Below are positions 1-8,129 of a stretch of DNA of 64,000 nucleotides, piece after piece. The position numbers and the translations under genes are program-made. The notes beneath the pieces were generated by a model. It was not told where the DNA came from and made no database searches. It was given only the letters and a program-made list of their open reading frames with translations. Within the stretch, counting starts at the first letter, position 1; every line of letters begins with the position of its first letter. The DNA comes from Lachnospiraceae bacterium (GTDB lineage Bacteria; Bacillota; Clostridia; Lachnospirales; Lachnospiraceae): the NCBI GenBank assembly GCA_045600025.1, contig JAZRXC010000037.1:2035-66034 (forward strand). The letters are read 5' to 3'.

Positions 1-186
1 GATGGTAATAAGAGGGCAGCGATTATTTTTGCAAACCACTATTTAATCGCTCACGGTGAAGGCTTTCTGGTAATCCCTGAAGAACATGTTTCAGAATTCA
101 AAAAGAAGCTGGTTGCTTTTTATGAAGGAGAAAATATAGATGTTCTCAAGAATTTCCTGAAAACGAATTGTTGGAAAGGTTTTTAA
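1..186 (+). CDS. 3' end of a Fic/DOC-family protein gene (5' part outside the window)
   Basis: Frame 1 is open from base 1 to TAA at 184-186. The translation starts DGNKRAAIIFANHYLIAHG, matching the distal half of the Fic/Doc core motif HxFx(D/E)(G/A)N(G/K)R. It is absent from the ORF track because no start lies in the window. Confidence 0.4.
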   Translation, partial: DGNKRAAIIFANHYLIAHGEGFLVIPEEHVSEFKKKLVAFYEGENIDVLKNFLKTNCWKGF

Positions 187-265
187 ATTATAGCCCCGCT
201 TCAGAACAAAGAACGAAATCATTTGGATCTGAGGATGATATAATACTTATTGAGGAGGAACGAAT

Positions 266-1021
266 ATGAATTCAGCTTATTACGATATGATTTTTAAACG
301 CAAATCATTCCATAATTTTGATAAGGCAGGCGACGAAAAACTTACCGCGCAAGAGCTTGCCGATATAGAAAATGCATGGAAGAATTTCGAGTCTTTGTAT
401 CCGGATATGAGGACGGCTATCCGCATCGTTCCGACAGAGAACATTAAGCCGTACAAGAATGGTGAATATTGCGTCCTCATTTACTGCGAGAAAAAGGACA
501 ATTATCTGATGAATGCCGGATACATGGGGCAGCAGCTTGACTACTACCTTGTAAGCAAAAACATCGGAAGCCTCTGGTATGGCTTCGGCAAGGCAGATAT
601 GCCGGAGTATGAGGGACTGGCGTTTACAATAATGTTCGCCATTCGCAAGGTTTCCGATGAAGCACTTTACAGAAAAGATATGTTCAAAGCCAAGAGAAAG
701 TCACTTGAAGACACCTGGAAGGGTCCGGAACTCGATATAGCAAATATAGCGCGATATGCCCCGAGTGCCTGCAACTCGCAGCCCTGGTGCGTTGATAATA
801 CCGGTGACATCCTGACGGTATACAGAACGAGGAACTCAGGTATAGTCGGGTTAGTATCTCAGACAGCGCTTACGTATTTTAACCGCATTGATATAGGAAT
901 TTATCTGTGTACGCTTGAGATATGCATGGCAAAGCAGGGAATTGAATTCGATAGAAAACTATTTGTCGATGACGGCGGACATTCCGAAAAAATCAAAGTA
1001 GCGGAATACAGCCTTGTATAA
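266..1021 (+). CDS. nitroreductase family protein
   Basis: 251 aa. The N-terminal RKSFHNF and the C-terminal APSACNSQPW motifs are typical of the nitroreductase fold. GAGGAGG RBS upstream. Confidence 0.75.
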   Translation: MNSAYYDMIFKRKSFHNFDKAGDEKLTAQELADIENAWKNFESLYPDMRTAIRIVPTENIKPYKNGEYCVLIYCEKKDNYLMNAGYMGQQLDYYLVSKNIGSLWYGFGKADMPEYEGLAFTIMFAIRKVSDEALYRKDMFKAKRKSLEDTWKGPELDIANIARYAPSACNSQPWCVDNTGDILTVYRTRNSGIVGLVSQTALTYFNRIDIGIYLCTLEICMAKQGIEFDRKLFVDDGGHSEKIKVAEYSLV

Positions 1022-1026
1022 GAACC

Positions 1027-1058
1027 AAAAAGCGATTGCAGCGATGCAACCGCTTTTA
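1027..1058. terminator. bidirectional rho-independent terminator between convergent genes
   Basis: AAAAGCGATTGCA-GCGA-TGCAACCGCTTTT hairpin flanked by an A-run and a T-run. Confidence 0.7.
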
Positions 1059-1075
1059 TTATTTTTGAGAAAATA

Positions 1076-2518
1076 TTAATAATTGAATTTCTCGTATTGA
1101 GACGTGTCCGGCTCATATATGGCAAGCTCGGTTGACTGTGCCACTAAACTGCGGATGTCTTTTAATTCTGATAATTCGCCGAGAGCATAATAGGAGACGG
1201 CAATGCTGCCCATAGCAGTAGCTTCTGTAGGTCCTGCTACCACTTTAACGCCGCAGGCATCTGCCGTTAACTGACACAGCAAATGTGACTGAATTCCTCC
1301 GCCAAGCATATTTATCTGACTGTATTTTCTGCCGGTCAGTTTTTGAAGTTCCTCAAAGGTTTGCTTATACTTAAGCGCAAGACTTTGATCTATACACCGT
1401 ACTACTTCGCCCCTTGTTTTCGGAATGTACTGTCCTGTTTTTTGACAGTATTCTCTGATTCTGTTCGGCATATCCCCCGGCGTTTCAAATGACGGATCAT
1501 CCACGTCGATAAAACATTTGAAGGGTTCGGATTTAAGAGCTTCATCCTCTAATATGCCAAAGTCAAGCTCCGTCTGTCCCTCGCGTTTCCACTGACGTAA
1601 AGACTCCTGCACAAGCCAAAGGCCTGTAATATTTTTTAAAAGTATAGCCTTATCCGCGAATCCGACCTCATTTGTGAAGTCCGCCTGTTCGGCAGCGGCA
1701 GTCAGCATCGGCTTATCGCTCTCCGTACCGAAGAGGCTCCAGGTGCCGCAGCTGATAAAAACAAAATCACCGTCAAGGCACGGCGTCGATACAACAACCG
1801 ATTCCGTATCATGTGAAGGACAGGCGATAACCGGTACTTTCTTACAGCCCAATTCTTCACATAACTCGTCGGTTAAGTAACCATATATACTGCCGGATTT
1901 AATAATGGGTGCAAAAATGCGCTTCGGCAGTCCTAACTTTTCTATGAGTTCAAAGTCCCAGTTTCTTGTCACCGGATCAAACAAATTACTTGTTGATGCG
2001 ATTGATTCTTCCTCATGCATCTCGCCCGTAAGCATATAAGAAAATAAATCAGGCGTCATCAGAATCTTTTCGGTAATGTTCAGTATATCAGGCTCGTTAA
2101 GCTTAAGATACATCAGCTGATACAGAGTATTTATTCTTAAACACTGTGTGCCCGTTCTTTCATACAATTCCTTTTTAGGAATTATTTGAAATACTTTTTC
2201 GAGCATAGCTTCTGTACGCTTGTCTCGATAATGCACAGGATTGGAGATAAGTTTTCCGCGCTTATCTATAAGACCGAAATCCACACCCCAGGTATCCACA
2301 CAGACAGCATCAAAACCACCGGCATTTGAAGCCTTAATAATGCTTTGTTTTACCTCGGAGAATAAACGCAGTATATCCCAGTAAAGTGTACCGTTTACCG
2401 AAACAGGATCGTTCGGAAAGCGGTGTATTACCTCCGCCGATATCTTGCCGTCTTTAATTTCCGAAATAATAGCTCTGCCGTTTGAAGCACCGAAGTCAAT
2501 TGCCAATATACGTTTCAT
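1076..2518 (-). CDS. FGGY-family ketose kinase, rhamnulokinase-like
   Basis: 480 aa. N-terminal ILAIDFGASNGR ATPase motif. The C-terminal NMLGGGIQSHLLCQLTADACGVKVVAGPTEATAMG closely mirrors the RhaB GGGxQNxLLNQLxADACG block. Confidence 0.75.
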   Translation of the reverse strand: MKRILAIDFGASNGRAIISEIKDGKISAEVIHRFPNDPVSVNGTLYWDILRLFSEVKQSIIKASNAGGFDAVCVDTWGVDFGLIDKRGKLISNPVHYRDKRTEAMLEKVFQIIPKKELYERTGTQCLRINTLYQLMYLKLNEPDILNITEKILMTPDLFSYMLTGEMHEEESIASTSNLFDPVTRNWDFELIEKLGLPKRIFAPIIKSGSIYGYLTDELCEELGCKKVPVIACPSHDTESVVVSTPCLDGDFVFISCGTWSLFGTESDKPMLTAAAEQADFTNEVGFADKAILLKNITGLWLVQESLRQWKREGQTELDFGILEDEALKSEPFKCFIDVDDPSFETPGDMPNRIREYCQKTGQYIPKTRGEVVRCIDQSLALKYKQTFEELQKLTGRKYSQINMLGGGIQSHLLCQLTADACGVKVVAGPTEATAMGSIAVSYYALGELSELKDIRSLVAQSTELAIYEPDTSQYEKFNY

Positions 2519-2527
2519 AGCGAGACC

Positions 2528-3214
2528 TTAATCTTTGTTATAGTGTTTATATCCCGGATGTTTACCTGTTACGTGATAATAGTTTTCTCTTAAATACAGG
2601 AGCTTGTCTATCTGCGATTTTTCTATTTCCTGCGCACCGCCAAGCAGATGTGCGGTAAGAGAAATCTTTGCAAATAGTTCCAGAGTTTCCATGCGGTAGT
2701 AAGCGGTAATGAGGTCGCAGCCTACTGTCAAAGCACCGTGGTTTTGTAATAAAAATACATCGTGCTCTTTAAGATAAGGCGCAATCGCGTCGGGCACCTC
2801 ATAGGTGCTCGGTGTGCCGTAAGGAGTAAGCGGAATTGAGCCTATCGCTATTACCGTTTCAATCATTGAATATTCGTCGAGGCTCTTTCCTGCAACAGCG
2901 TATCCGGTTGCGGTAGGCGGATGAGCATGCACTACAGCGCCTACGTCATCCCTTTCCTCATAACAACGCATATGCATCTTCATTTCACTTGAGGGCTTAT
3001 AATTTCCCTCTGCCGACACAACATTTAAATCCTTATCAACGATGACAAGCTTTTCGGGAGTGATAAAACTCTTGGATATTCCCGTAGGCGTTACAAGAAA
3101 ATTTCCGTCGGGCAGCTTTACACTGACGTTTCCATCATTTGCCGCAACCCAACCAAGCTGCCACATTTTATGGCACACATCACAGATTTGTTCTCTTATT
3201 TCTGAATATTCCAT
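2528..3214 (-). CDS. class II aldolase/adducin-family protein (ketose-1-phosphate aldolase-like)
   Basis: 228 aa. AANDGNVS and VVHAHPP metal-binding blocks of the FucA/RhaD/AraD family. Lies 9 nt downstream of the epimerase-side neighbour in the same operon. Confidence 0.8.
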   Translation of the reverse strand: MEYSEIREQICDVCHKMWQLGWVAANDGNVSVKLPDGNFLVTPTGISKSFITPEKLVIVDKDLNVVSAEGNYKPSSEMKMHMRCYEERDDVGAVVHAHPPTATGYAVAGKSLDEYSMIETVIAIGSIPLTPYGTPSTYEVPDAIAPYLKEHDVFLLQNHGALTVGCDLITAYYRMETLELFAKISLTAHLLGGAQEIEKSQIDKLLYLRENYYHVTGKHPGYKHYNKD

Positions 3215-3252
3215 TTTTCCCTCACATTACGCAAATGCGTACTTCCTGACAG

Positions 3253-4122
3253 TTATTCAAAAATACTTCTGAGGAATACTACTGAATCGGCCGCATCTTT
3301 ATCAAGAACCGAGTCGGGACAGCCGCGTGACAAATCGTGCCACATATGGATGTCTTTTCCGACCTGACCTTCCATGCGAACGAACGGCTCCATAACGAGC
3401 GCGCCCTGATAATTTACCTCTTTAAGGGCCTTCGCAATCTCTGCCCAGGGAATACGGCTCTCGGCTCTCGGAGGTCTGCGATTAGCCTCACCTACATGGA
3501 AATGACCGAGACGGGGACCTGCGGTGCGGATGGCATCCGCCATGGAATCCTCCTCGATATTCATGTGGAATGTATCAAGCATTACATATACATTCTTGCG
3601 ATCAACTGCGTCAACATAAGCACGGGTTTCCTCACTTGTATTCAGAAGGTATCCTTCAAAACGGTTCAGAGATTCCATGCCGAGGCTGATATCATAATCG
3701 GCAGCCATATCAGCAAGCGTACGCATATTTTTAATGCTACGCTCAAGAGCTGCAGGCTTATCAAAGGGCTTGGCAAAATCAACGGGCCAATATGAATACA
3801 GTCCGCCGCCGAGCCAGCGAATGCCGGCGATAGACATCTTCCTGAACATATCCTTGTATTTCTCAAAACCGGCTGCAACTACTGCGGGGTTATCGGAAGA
3901 AAGGTCATAAGCGGGCTCGGGACCGTAGCCGCCTGTCAGAATGATACCATTATCATCGGCAGTCTGTTTCAAAACCTTGAAATATTCGTCATTCTGCTTG
4001 GCAAAACCGCCGGTAGCGACCTCAAGGATATCAAAACCGAGATCCTTAACCTTCTTGATATAAGGGAGAAAATCTCCGCCCCATTCTTTTTCCCAGTACG
4101 CGTAATAAATACCAATTTGCAT
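3253..4122 (-). CDS. ketose 3-epimerase (D-psicose/D-tagatose 3-epimerase family, xylose-isomerase-like TIM barrel)
   Basis: 289 aa. The blocks IYYAYWEKEW, GGGLYSYWP, ESLNRFEGYLLNT, MLDTFHMNIEED, HFHVGEANRRPP and VMEPFV line up with characterised clostridial D-psicose 3-epimerases as I remember them. Confidence 0.8.
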   Translation of the reverse strand: MQIGIYYAYWEKEWGGDFLPYIKKVKDLGFDILEVATGGFAKQNDEYFKVLKQTADDNGIILTGGYGPEPAYDLSSDNPAVVAAGFEKYKDMFRKMSIAGIRWLGGGLYSYWPVDFAKPFDKPAALERSIKNMRTLADMAADYDISLGMESLNRFEGYLLNTSEETRAYVDAVDRKNVYVMLDTFHMNIEEDSMADAIRTAGPRLGHFHVGEANRRPPRAESRIPWAEIAKALKEVNYQGALVMEPFVRMEGQVGKDIHMWHDLSRGCPDSVLDKDAADSVVFLRSIFE

Positions 4123-4136
4123 ATCGTGCCTCCGTT

Positions 4137-4153
4137 ATTTTGCAGCGCAAAAT
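4137..4153. promoter_or_regulatory. palindrome ATTTTGC-AGC-GCAAAAT in the 5' leader of the epimerase operon (candidate operator)
   Basis: 7-bp perfect arms with a 3-bp spacer, 15 nt upstream of the minus-strand start at 4122. Confidence 0.35.
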
Positions 4154-4285
4154 TTTTATAACTAAAGCCATAATAGTTTACTCTAAAGCACAATGTCAAG
4201 ATAATTCCATTGCATTAAAAACAGTTATTATTTCCCATAAAATATGATTAGAGATTAAAAAAATAAAAAAACTTTCAAAATATTA

Positions 4286-4307
4286 CACCTGTGCTATAAT
4301 GCAGGTG
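4286..4307 (+). promoter_or_regulatory. extended -10 promoter (TGCTATAAT, 4292-4300) bracketed by inverted repeat CACCTG/CAGGTG
   Basis: TGnTATAAT lies 44 nt upstream of the 4344 start. The 6-bp inverted arms at 4286-4291 and 4302-4307 enclose the -10 element. Confidence 0.5.
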
Positions 4308-4343
4308 GTAGTATGCCAAATAATTTAATTATCGGAGGTTGTT

Positions 4344-6197
4344 ATGTCTGTAAATCACAGAAGAGAGAGCTATGACGTAGTAGTAATCGGCGGCGGATTA
4401 TCCGGTATGTGCGCAGCACTCACAAGTGCAAGACACGGCATTAAGACAGTCCTCATTCAGAACAGGTCAATGTTCGGAGGAAATGCCAGCGCAGAAGTCA
4501 GAATGCATATCTTAGGCGCAAGTTGCCATTCTTCAAAACCCAATACCCGCGAGACAGGAATTATAGACGAGATACTTCTCGAGAATAAAAAAAGAAATCC
4601 CTACGTATCATTTGACCAGTTCAATGTAGTAATGTGGGAGAAGATCAGATATCAGGAGAATCTGACCTCATATCTTAATACAAATGTAGATGATGTAATT
4701 GCAGAAGACGGAATTATCAAAACAGTCATCTGCCATCAGAACTCAACAGAGACTGAGATAGTAATCGACGGCAAATATTTCGTAGACGCAACCGGACACG
4801 GAACTGTAGGCGTTATGGCAGGAGCCGAATACAGAATCGGAAGCGAAGGAAGAGATGAGTTTAACGAGCCCACCGCACCCGAGACTGCTAATAACAACAA
4901 GATGGGCTGCTCACTCAGGTTCAGTTCTGTAGATCGTCAGGAGCCTGTAAAATTCGAGCGTCCGTTCTGGGCATACCATTACACCGAAGAAGACTTAAAG
5001 GACCGCAAGCATGCTAACATGCGTCTGTTCTATGCAGAAGGCGGCAAGCCTACCAACAGCATAGCAGAAAAAGAGCCCGCACTGCCTGATTTCTCAGGTG
5101 TGGATGAGGGCTACTGGTGGATTGAGCTCGGCGGAGATTCAAAGGACAACATCATTGAGTCAGAAGATTTACGCGACGACCTTCTTAGAACCGTATACGG
5201 TGTATGGGATCACTTGAAAAATGAAAACGACCACGGCGTTGAGAATTATGACCTCGACTGGGTAGAGATAGTACCCGGCTGCAGAGAGAGCAGACGTCTT
5301 GTAGGTGATTACCTGCTCAATGAAAATGATATCCGCAGCAACCGCATATTCGAAGACGCAGTTGCATACGGCGGATGGCCTATGGATGTACATACACCCG
5401 GCGGCATGAAGGACCTTAAAGATTTTCCTTCACATGTATACAGCTTCCCCGGTATATACACCATTCCCTACAGAAGCTATTACAGCAAGAACGTAAATAA
5501 CCTGTTCCTTGCAGGAAGAGATATCAGCTGCACCAAGATGGGTATGAGCTCAACACGTGTTATGGCTACCTGCGCAGTAGGCGGACAGGCAGCAGGCACG
5601 GCGGCGGTAGTTGCTATGAAGTACGGCTGCTCACCCAGGCAGGTAGGAACAGAGCATATCAAGGAGCTGCAGCAGGAGCTTCTTAAAGATGACTGCTACA
5701 TCCCCGGATTCAAGAACGAAGACGAAGCAGACCTTGCGAGGAAAGCACAGATCACCGCAAGCTCAGAAAAGCCCGGATTCGAAGCAGTAAATGTAATCAA
5801 CGGCGTAGCACGCACAGTTGATGAAAACAGCAACTGCTGGGAGTCAGAAGAACTTAACGGCCAGGCGCAGGAGCTTGTATTAAAATTCGAGAAGCCCGAG
5901 ACCATCTCACAGCTTCGCATTACATTTGACTCCAACCTCTGCAAGGAGATTAGCCCGTCTATGACAAAACTTGTAAGAGAGGAGCAGGAGAAACATCTGC
6001 CCAGCGTCCTTGTTAAGGATTACGAAGCAGAGTTCTACTGCGGCGGCAAGCTCATATGTACAAAGAGCAAAGAGGGCAACTCCATCAGACTTAACGTAAT
6101 CGATATTGATAAGACCGAGTGCGACGAAATCAGGATTAAGGTTAAGTCAACCTACGGCGCTCCTGTTGCAAGAATATTTGAAGTAAGAGTTTATTGA
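4344..6197 (+). CDS. FAD-dependent oxidoreductase, long form with C-terminal beta-sandwich (discoidin/CBM-like) domain; paralog 1 of 7
   Basis: 617 aa, no signal peptide. Motifs VVVIGGGLSGMCAAL, FGGNAS, VDATGHG, CRESRRLVGDY, IPYRS, LAGRDIS, TRVMATCAVGGQAAGTAA. The C-terminal ~150 aa end in FEVRVY. Confidence 0.8.
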   Translation: MSVNHRRESYDVVVIGGGLSGMCAALTSARHGIKTVLIQNRSMFGGNASAEVRMHILGASCHSSKPNTRETGIIDEILLENKKRNPYVSFDQFNVVMWEKIRYQENLTSYLNTNVDDVIAEDGIIKTVICHQNSTETEIVIDGKYFVDATGHGTVGVMAGAEYRIGSEGRDEFNEPTAPETANNNKMGCSLRFSSVDRQEPVKFERPFWAYHYTEEDLKDRKHANMRLFYAEGGKPTNSIAEKEPALPDFSGVDEGYWWIELGGDSKDNIIESEDLRDDLLRTVYGVWDHLKNENDHGVENYDLDWVEIVPGCRESRRLVGDYLLNENDIRSNRIFEDAVAYGGWPMDVHTPGGMKDLKDFPSHVYSFPGIYTIPYRSYYSKNVNNLFLAGRDISCTKMGMSSTRVMATCAVGGQAAGTAAVVAMKYGCSPRQVGTEHIKELQQELLKDDCYIPGFKNEDEADLARKAQITASSEKPGFEAVNVINGVARTVDENSNCWESEELNGQAQELVLKFEKPETISQLRITFDSNLCKEISPSMTKLVREEQEKHLPSVLVKDYEAEFYCGGKLICTKSKEGNSIRLNVIDIDKTECDEIRIKVKSTYGAPVARIFEVRVY

Positions 6198-6226
6198 TAA
6201 TAATTTCCATATAAGGAGATAAAAAA

Positions 6227-8128
6227 GTGAAATATTACGTACACGAGAAACCGGCTCCCAGCAAAAATCCGGCTATTGAAAAGCATTACGATGTTGTAGT
6301 TGTAGGCGGAGGCATGAGCGGACTGTGCGCAGCAATCTCATCCGCGCGTCAGGGCGCAAAGACAGCTCTTATTCAGGACAGAAGCGTATACGGCGGAAAT
6401 GCAAGCTCGGAAAACAAGATGCACATCTCAGGCGCGTCCTGCCACTGGGGCAAGAAGAACGCCGCCGAGACCGGTATCCTTATGGAGCTTCAGCTCGAGA
6501 ACAAATACCTGAATGATTCATACAATTATTCAATCTGGGATGGTGTCCTGTGGGCCAAGGTTAAGGAAACCGAGAATCTTGATTCCTACATGAACACCAC
6601 TATGGATCTGGTATTATCCGACGGTCAGGAGATTAAGGCTATCGAGTGCTATCAGATGACAACAGAGATAAGATATCATTTCACAGCTGAGATATTCATC
6701 GACGCAACGGGCAACGGCTCACTCGCATACTTCGGCGGAAATGAATACAAAGAAGGAAGAGAAAGCACGGATGAGTATTCTGAAAAGGACGCACCGGCTG
6801 TGGCAGATGGCGAGACCATGGGCAACACGATTTATTTCGTAGCTCATGATACCGGACATCCCGTAAAATTCATCAAGCCCTCATGGGCATACGAATATCC
6901 GGACGAGACAAGATTCAAGCACAGATATCACGGCGACATCACCGTATATCATGACGCTGACGATGTAGTAGTATTGAAGCCCGGCGAAGATTATGAAGAC
7001 CATGCGGATCAGCTCGTTGAGAAATACGATGTAAAGAGCGGCTACTGGTGGATTGAGCTCGGCGGTGACTGGGATGATATCATCAAGCAGGCCGAGGATA
7101 TCAGATGGGAGCTGTACAAGGTTATCTACGGCGTATGGGATCACATCAAGAACCACGGCGACCACGGCGCAGAGAACTATGAGCTTGATTGGGTTGGCAA
7201 TCTGTCCGGTTGGAGAGAAAGCCGCCGTATCATGGGCAAATACGTATTAACCGAAAATGATATTCTTGCGAATAAGGTATTTGATGACGGTGTCGCATAT
7301 GGCGGATGGCCTATGGATGAGCATGTAGCAGGCGGTTTCGATGCAGTAGGCGGAATTCCTTCAAAGGTAAGATCCTTCAACGGATTCTATTCAATTCCTT
7401 ACGGATGCTACTGTGCAAGAGACATCAAGAACCTTATGCTCGCAGGAAGAGATATCAGCTGCAGTAAGCTGGCTATGGGGTCCACCCGTGTTATGGGTAC
7501 CTGCGCTATAGGCGGACAGGCAGCGGGAACAGCAGCGGCTATGGCAGCACTTAAGGGACTTAATCCCGAAGAGTTCGGCAAGCAGTACATTCAGGAACTG
7601 CGTCAGCAGCTTCTTAAGGATGACTGCTACATCATGGGTCTTTCTAACCAGGATGAAAAAGACTATGCAAGATTCGCAACTGTATCGGCTACATCTGAGA
7701 AGAGCGGCTGCGAAGCGGCAAAGGTTATTAACGGATATTCAAGAAATATCGACGACGATATTAATGAATGGATATCTGACGGCATAGCACCCGGCGGTGA
7801 AGCTCTTACCCTTAAGCTTGATGCTTGCCACGATGTAAAACAAGTTAGAATTACATTTGACCCTGATCTGTCAGAGGAGAGATGTATCTCCGTATCTAAG
7901 GCATTCCTTGAAAAGGAGCCTCTCGGCCCGGCTAAGGACCTTGTTAGGGATTATACTATCGCACTTCTTAAGGATGGCAGCGAAGTTGCTTCTAAGGAAA
8001 TCAAGGGCAACTATCAGAGACTTTGCATATCCGATTTTGACGGCGTGCCTGCGGATGAGGTTAAGATTACCATTAGCGCAACCAACGGCGCTAAGGACGC
8101 AAAGGTATTTGAGGTAAGAGTATACTGA
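6227..8128 (+). CDS. FAD-dependent oxidoreductase, long form with C-terminal beta-sandwich domain; paralog 2 of 7
   Basis: 633 aa with a GTG start 8 nt after AAGGAG. Motifs VVVVGGGMSGLCAAI, YGGNAS, IDATGNG, WRESRRIMGKY, IPYGC, LAGRDIS, TRVMGTCAIGGQAAGTAA. Also ends in FEVRVY. Confidence 0.8.
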   Translation: MKYYVHEKPAPSKNPAIEKHYDVVVVGGGMSGLCAAISSARQGAKTALIQDRSVYGGNASSENKMHISGASCHWGKKNAAETGILMELQLENKYLNDSYNYSIWDGVLWAKVKETENLDSYMNTTMDLVLSDGQEIKAIECYQMTTEIRYHFTAEIFIDATGNGSLAYFGGNEYKEGRESTDEYSEKDAPAVADGETMGNTIYFVAHDTGHPVKFIKPSWAYEYPDETRFKHRYHGDITVYHDADDVVVLKPGEDYEDHADQLVEKYDVKSGYWWIELGGDWDDIIKQAEDIRWELYKVIYGVWDHIKNHGDHGAENYELDWVGNLSGWRESRRIMGKYVLTENDILANKVFDDGVAYGGWPMDEHVAGGFDAVGGIPSKVRSFNGFYSIPYGCYCARDIKNLMLAGRDISCSKLAMGSTRVMGTCAIGGQAAGTAAAMAALKGLNPEEFGKQYIQELRQQLLKDDCYIMGLSNQDEKDYARFATVSATSEKSGCEAAKVINGYSRNIDDDINEWISDGIAPGGEALTLKLDACHDVKQVRITFDPDLSEERCISVSKAFLEKEPLGPAKDLVRDYTIALLKDGSEVASKEIKGNYQRLCISDFDGVPADEVKITISATNGAKDAKVFEVRVY

Positions 8129-8129
8129 T

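Noticed and set aside
4137-4153. Catabolite-responsive element (cre) interpretation of the ATTTTGCAGCGCAAAAT palindrome
   Set aside because: It does not fit the cre consensus TGWAANCGNTNWCA (wrong spacing and no central CG dyad). It is kept only as a generic candidate operator.
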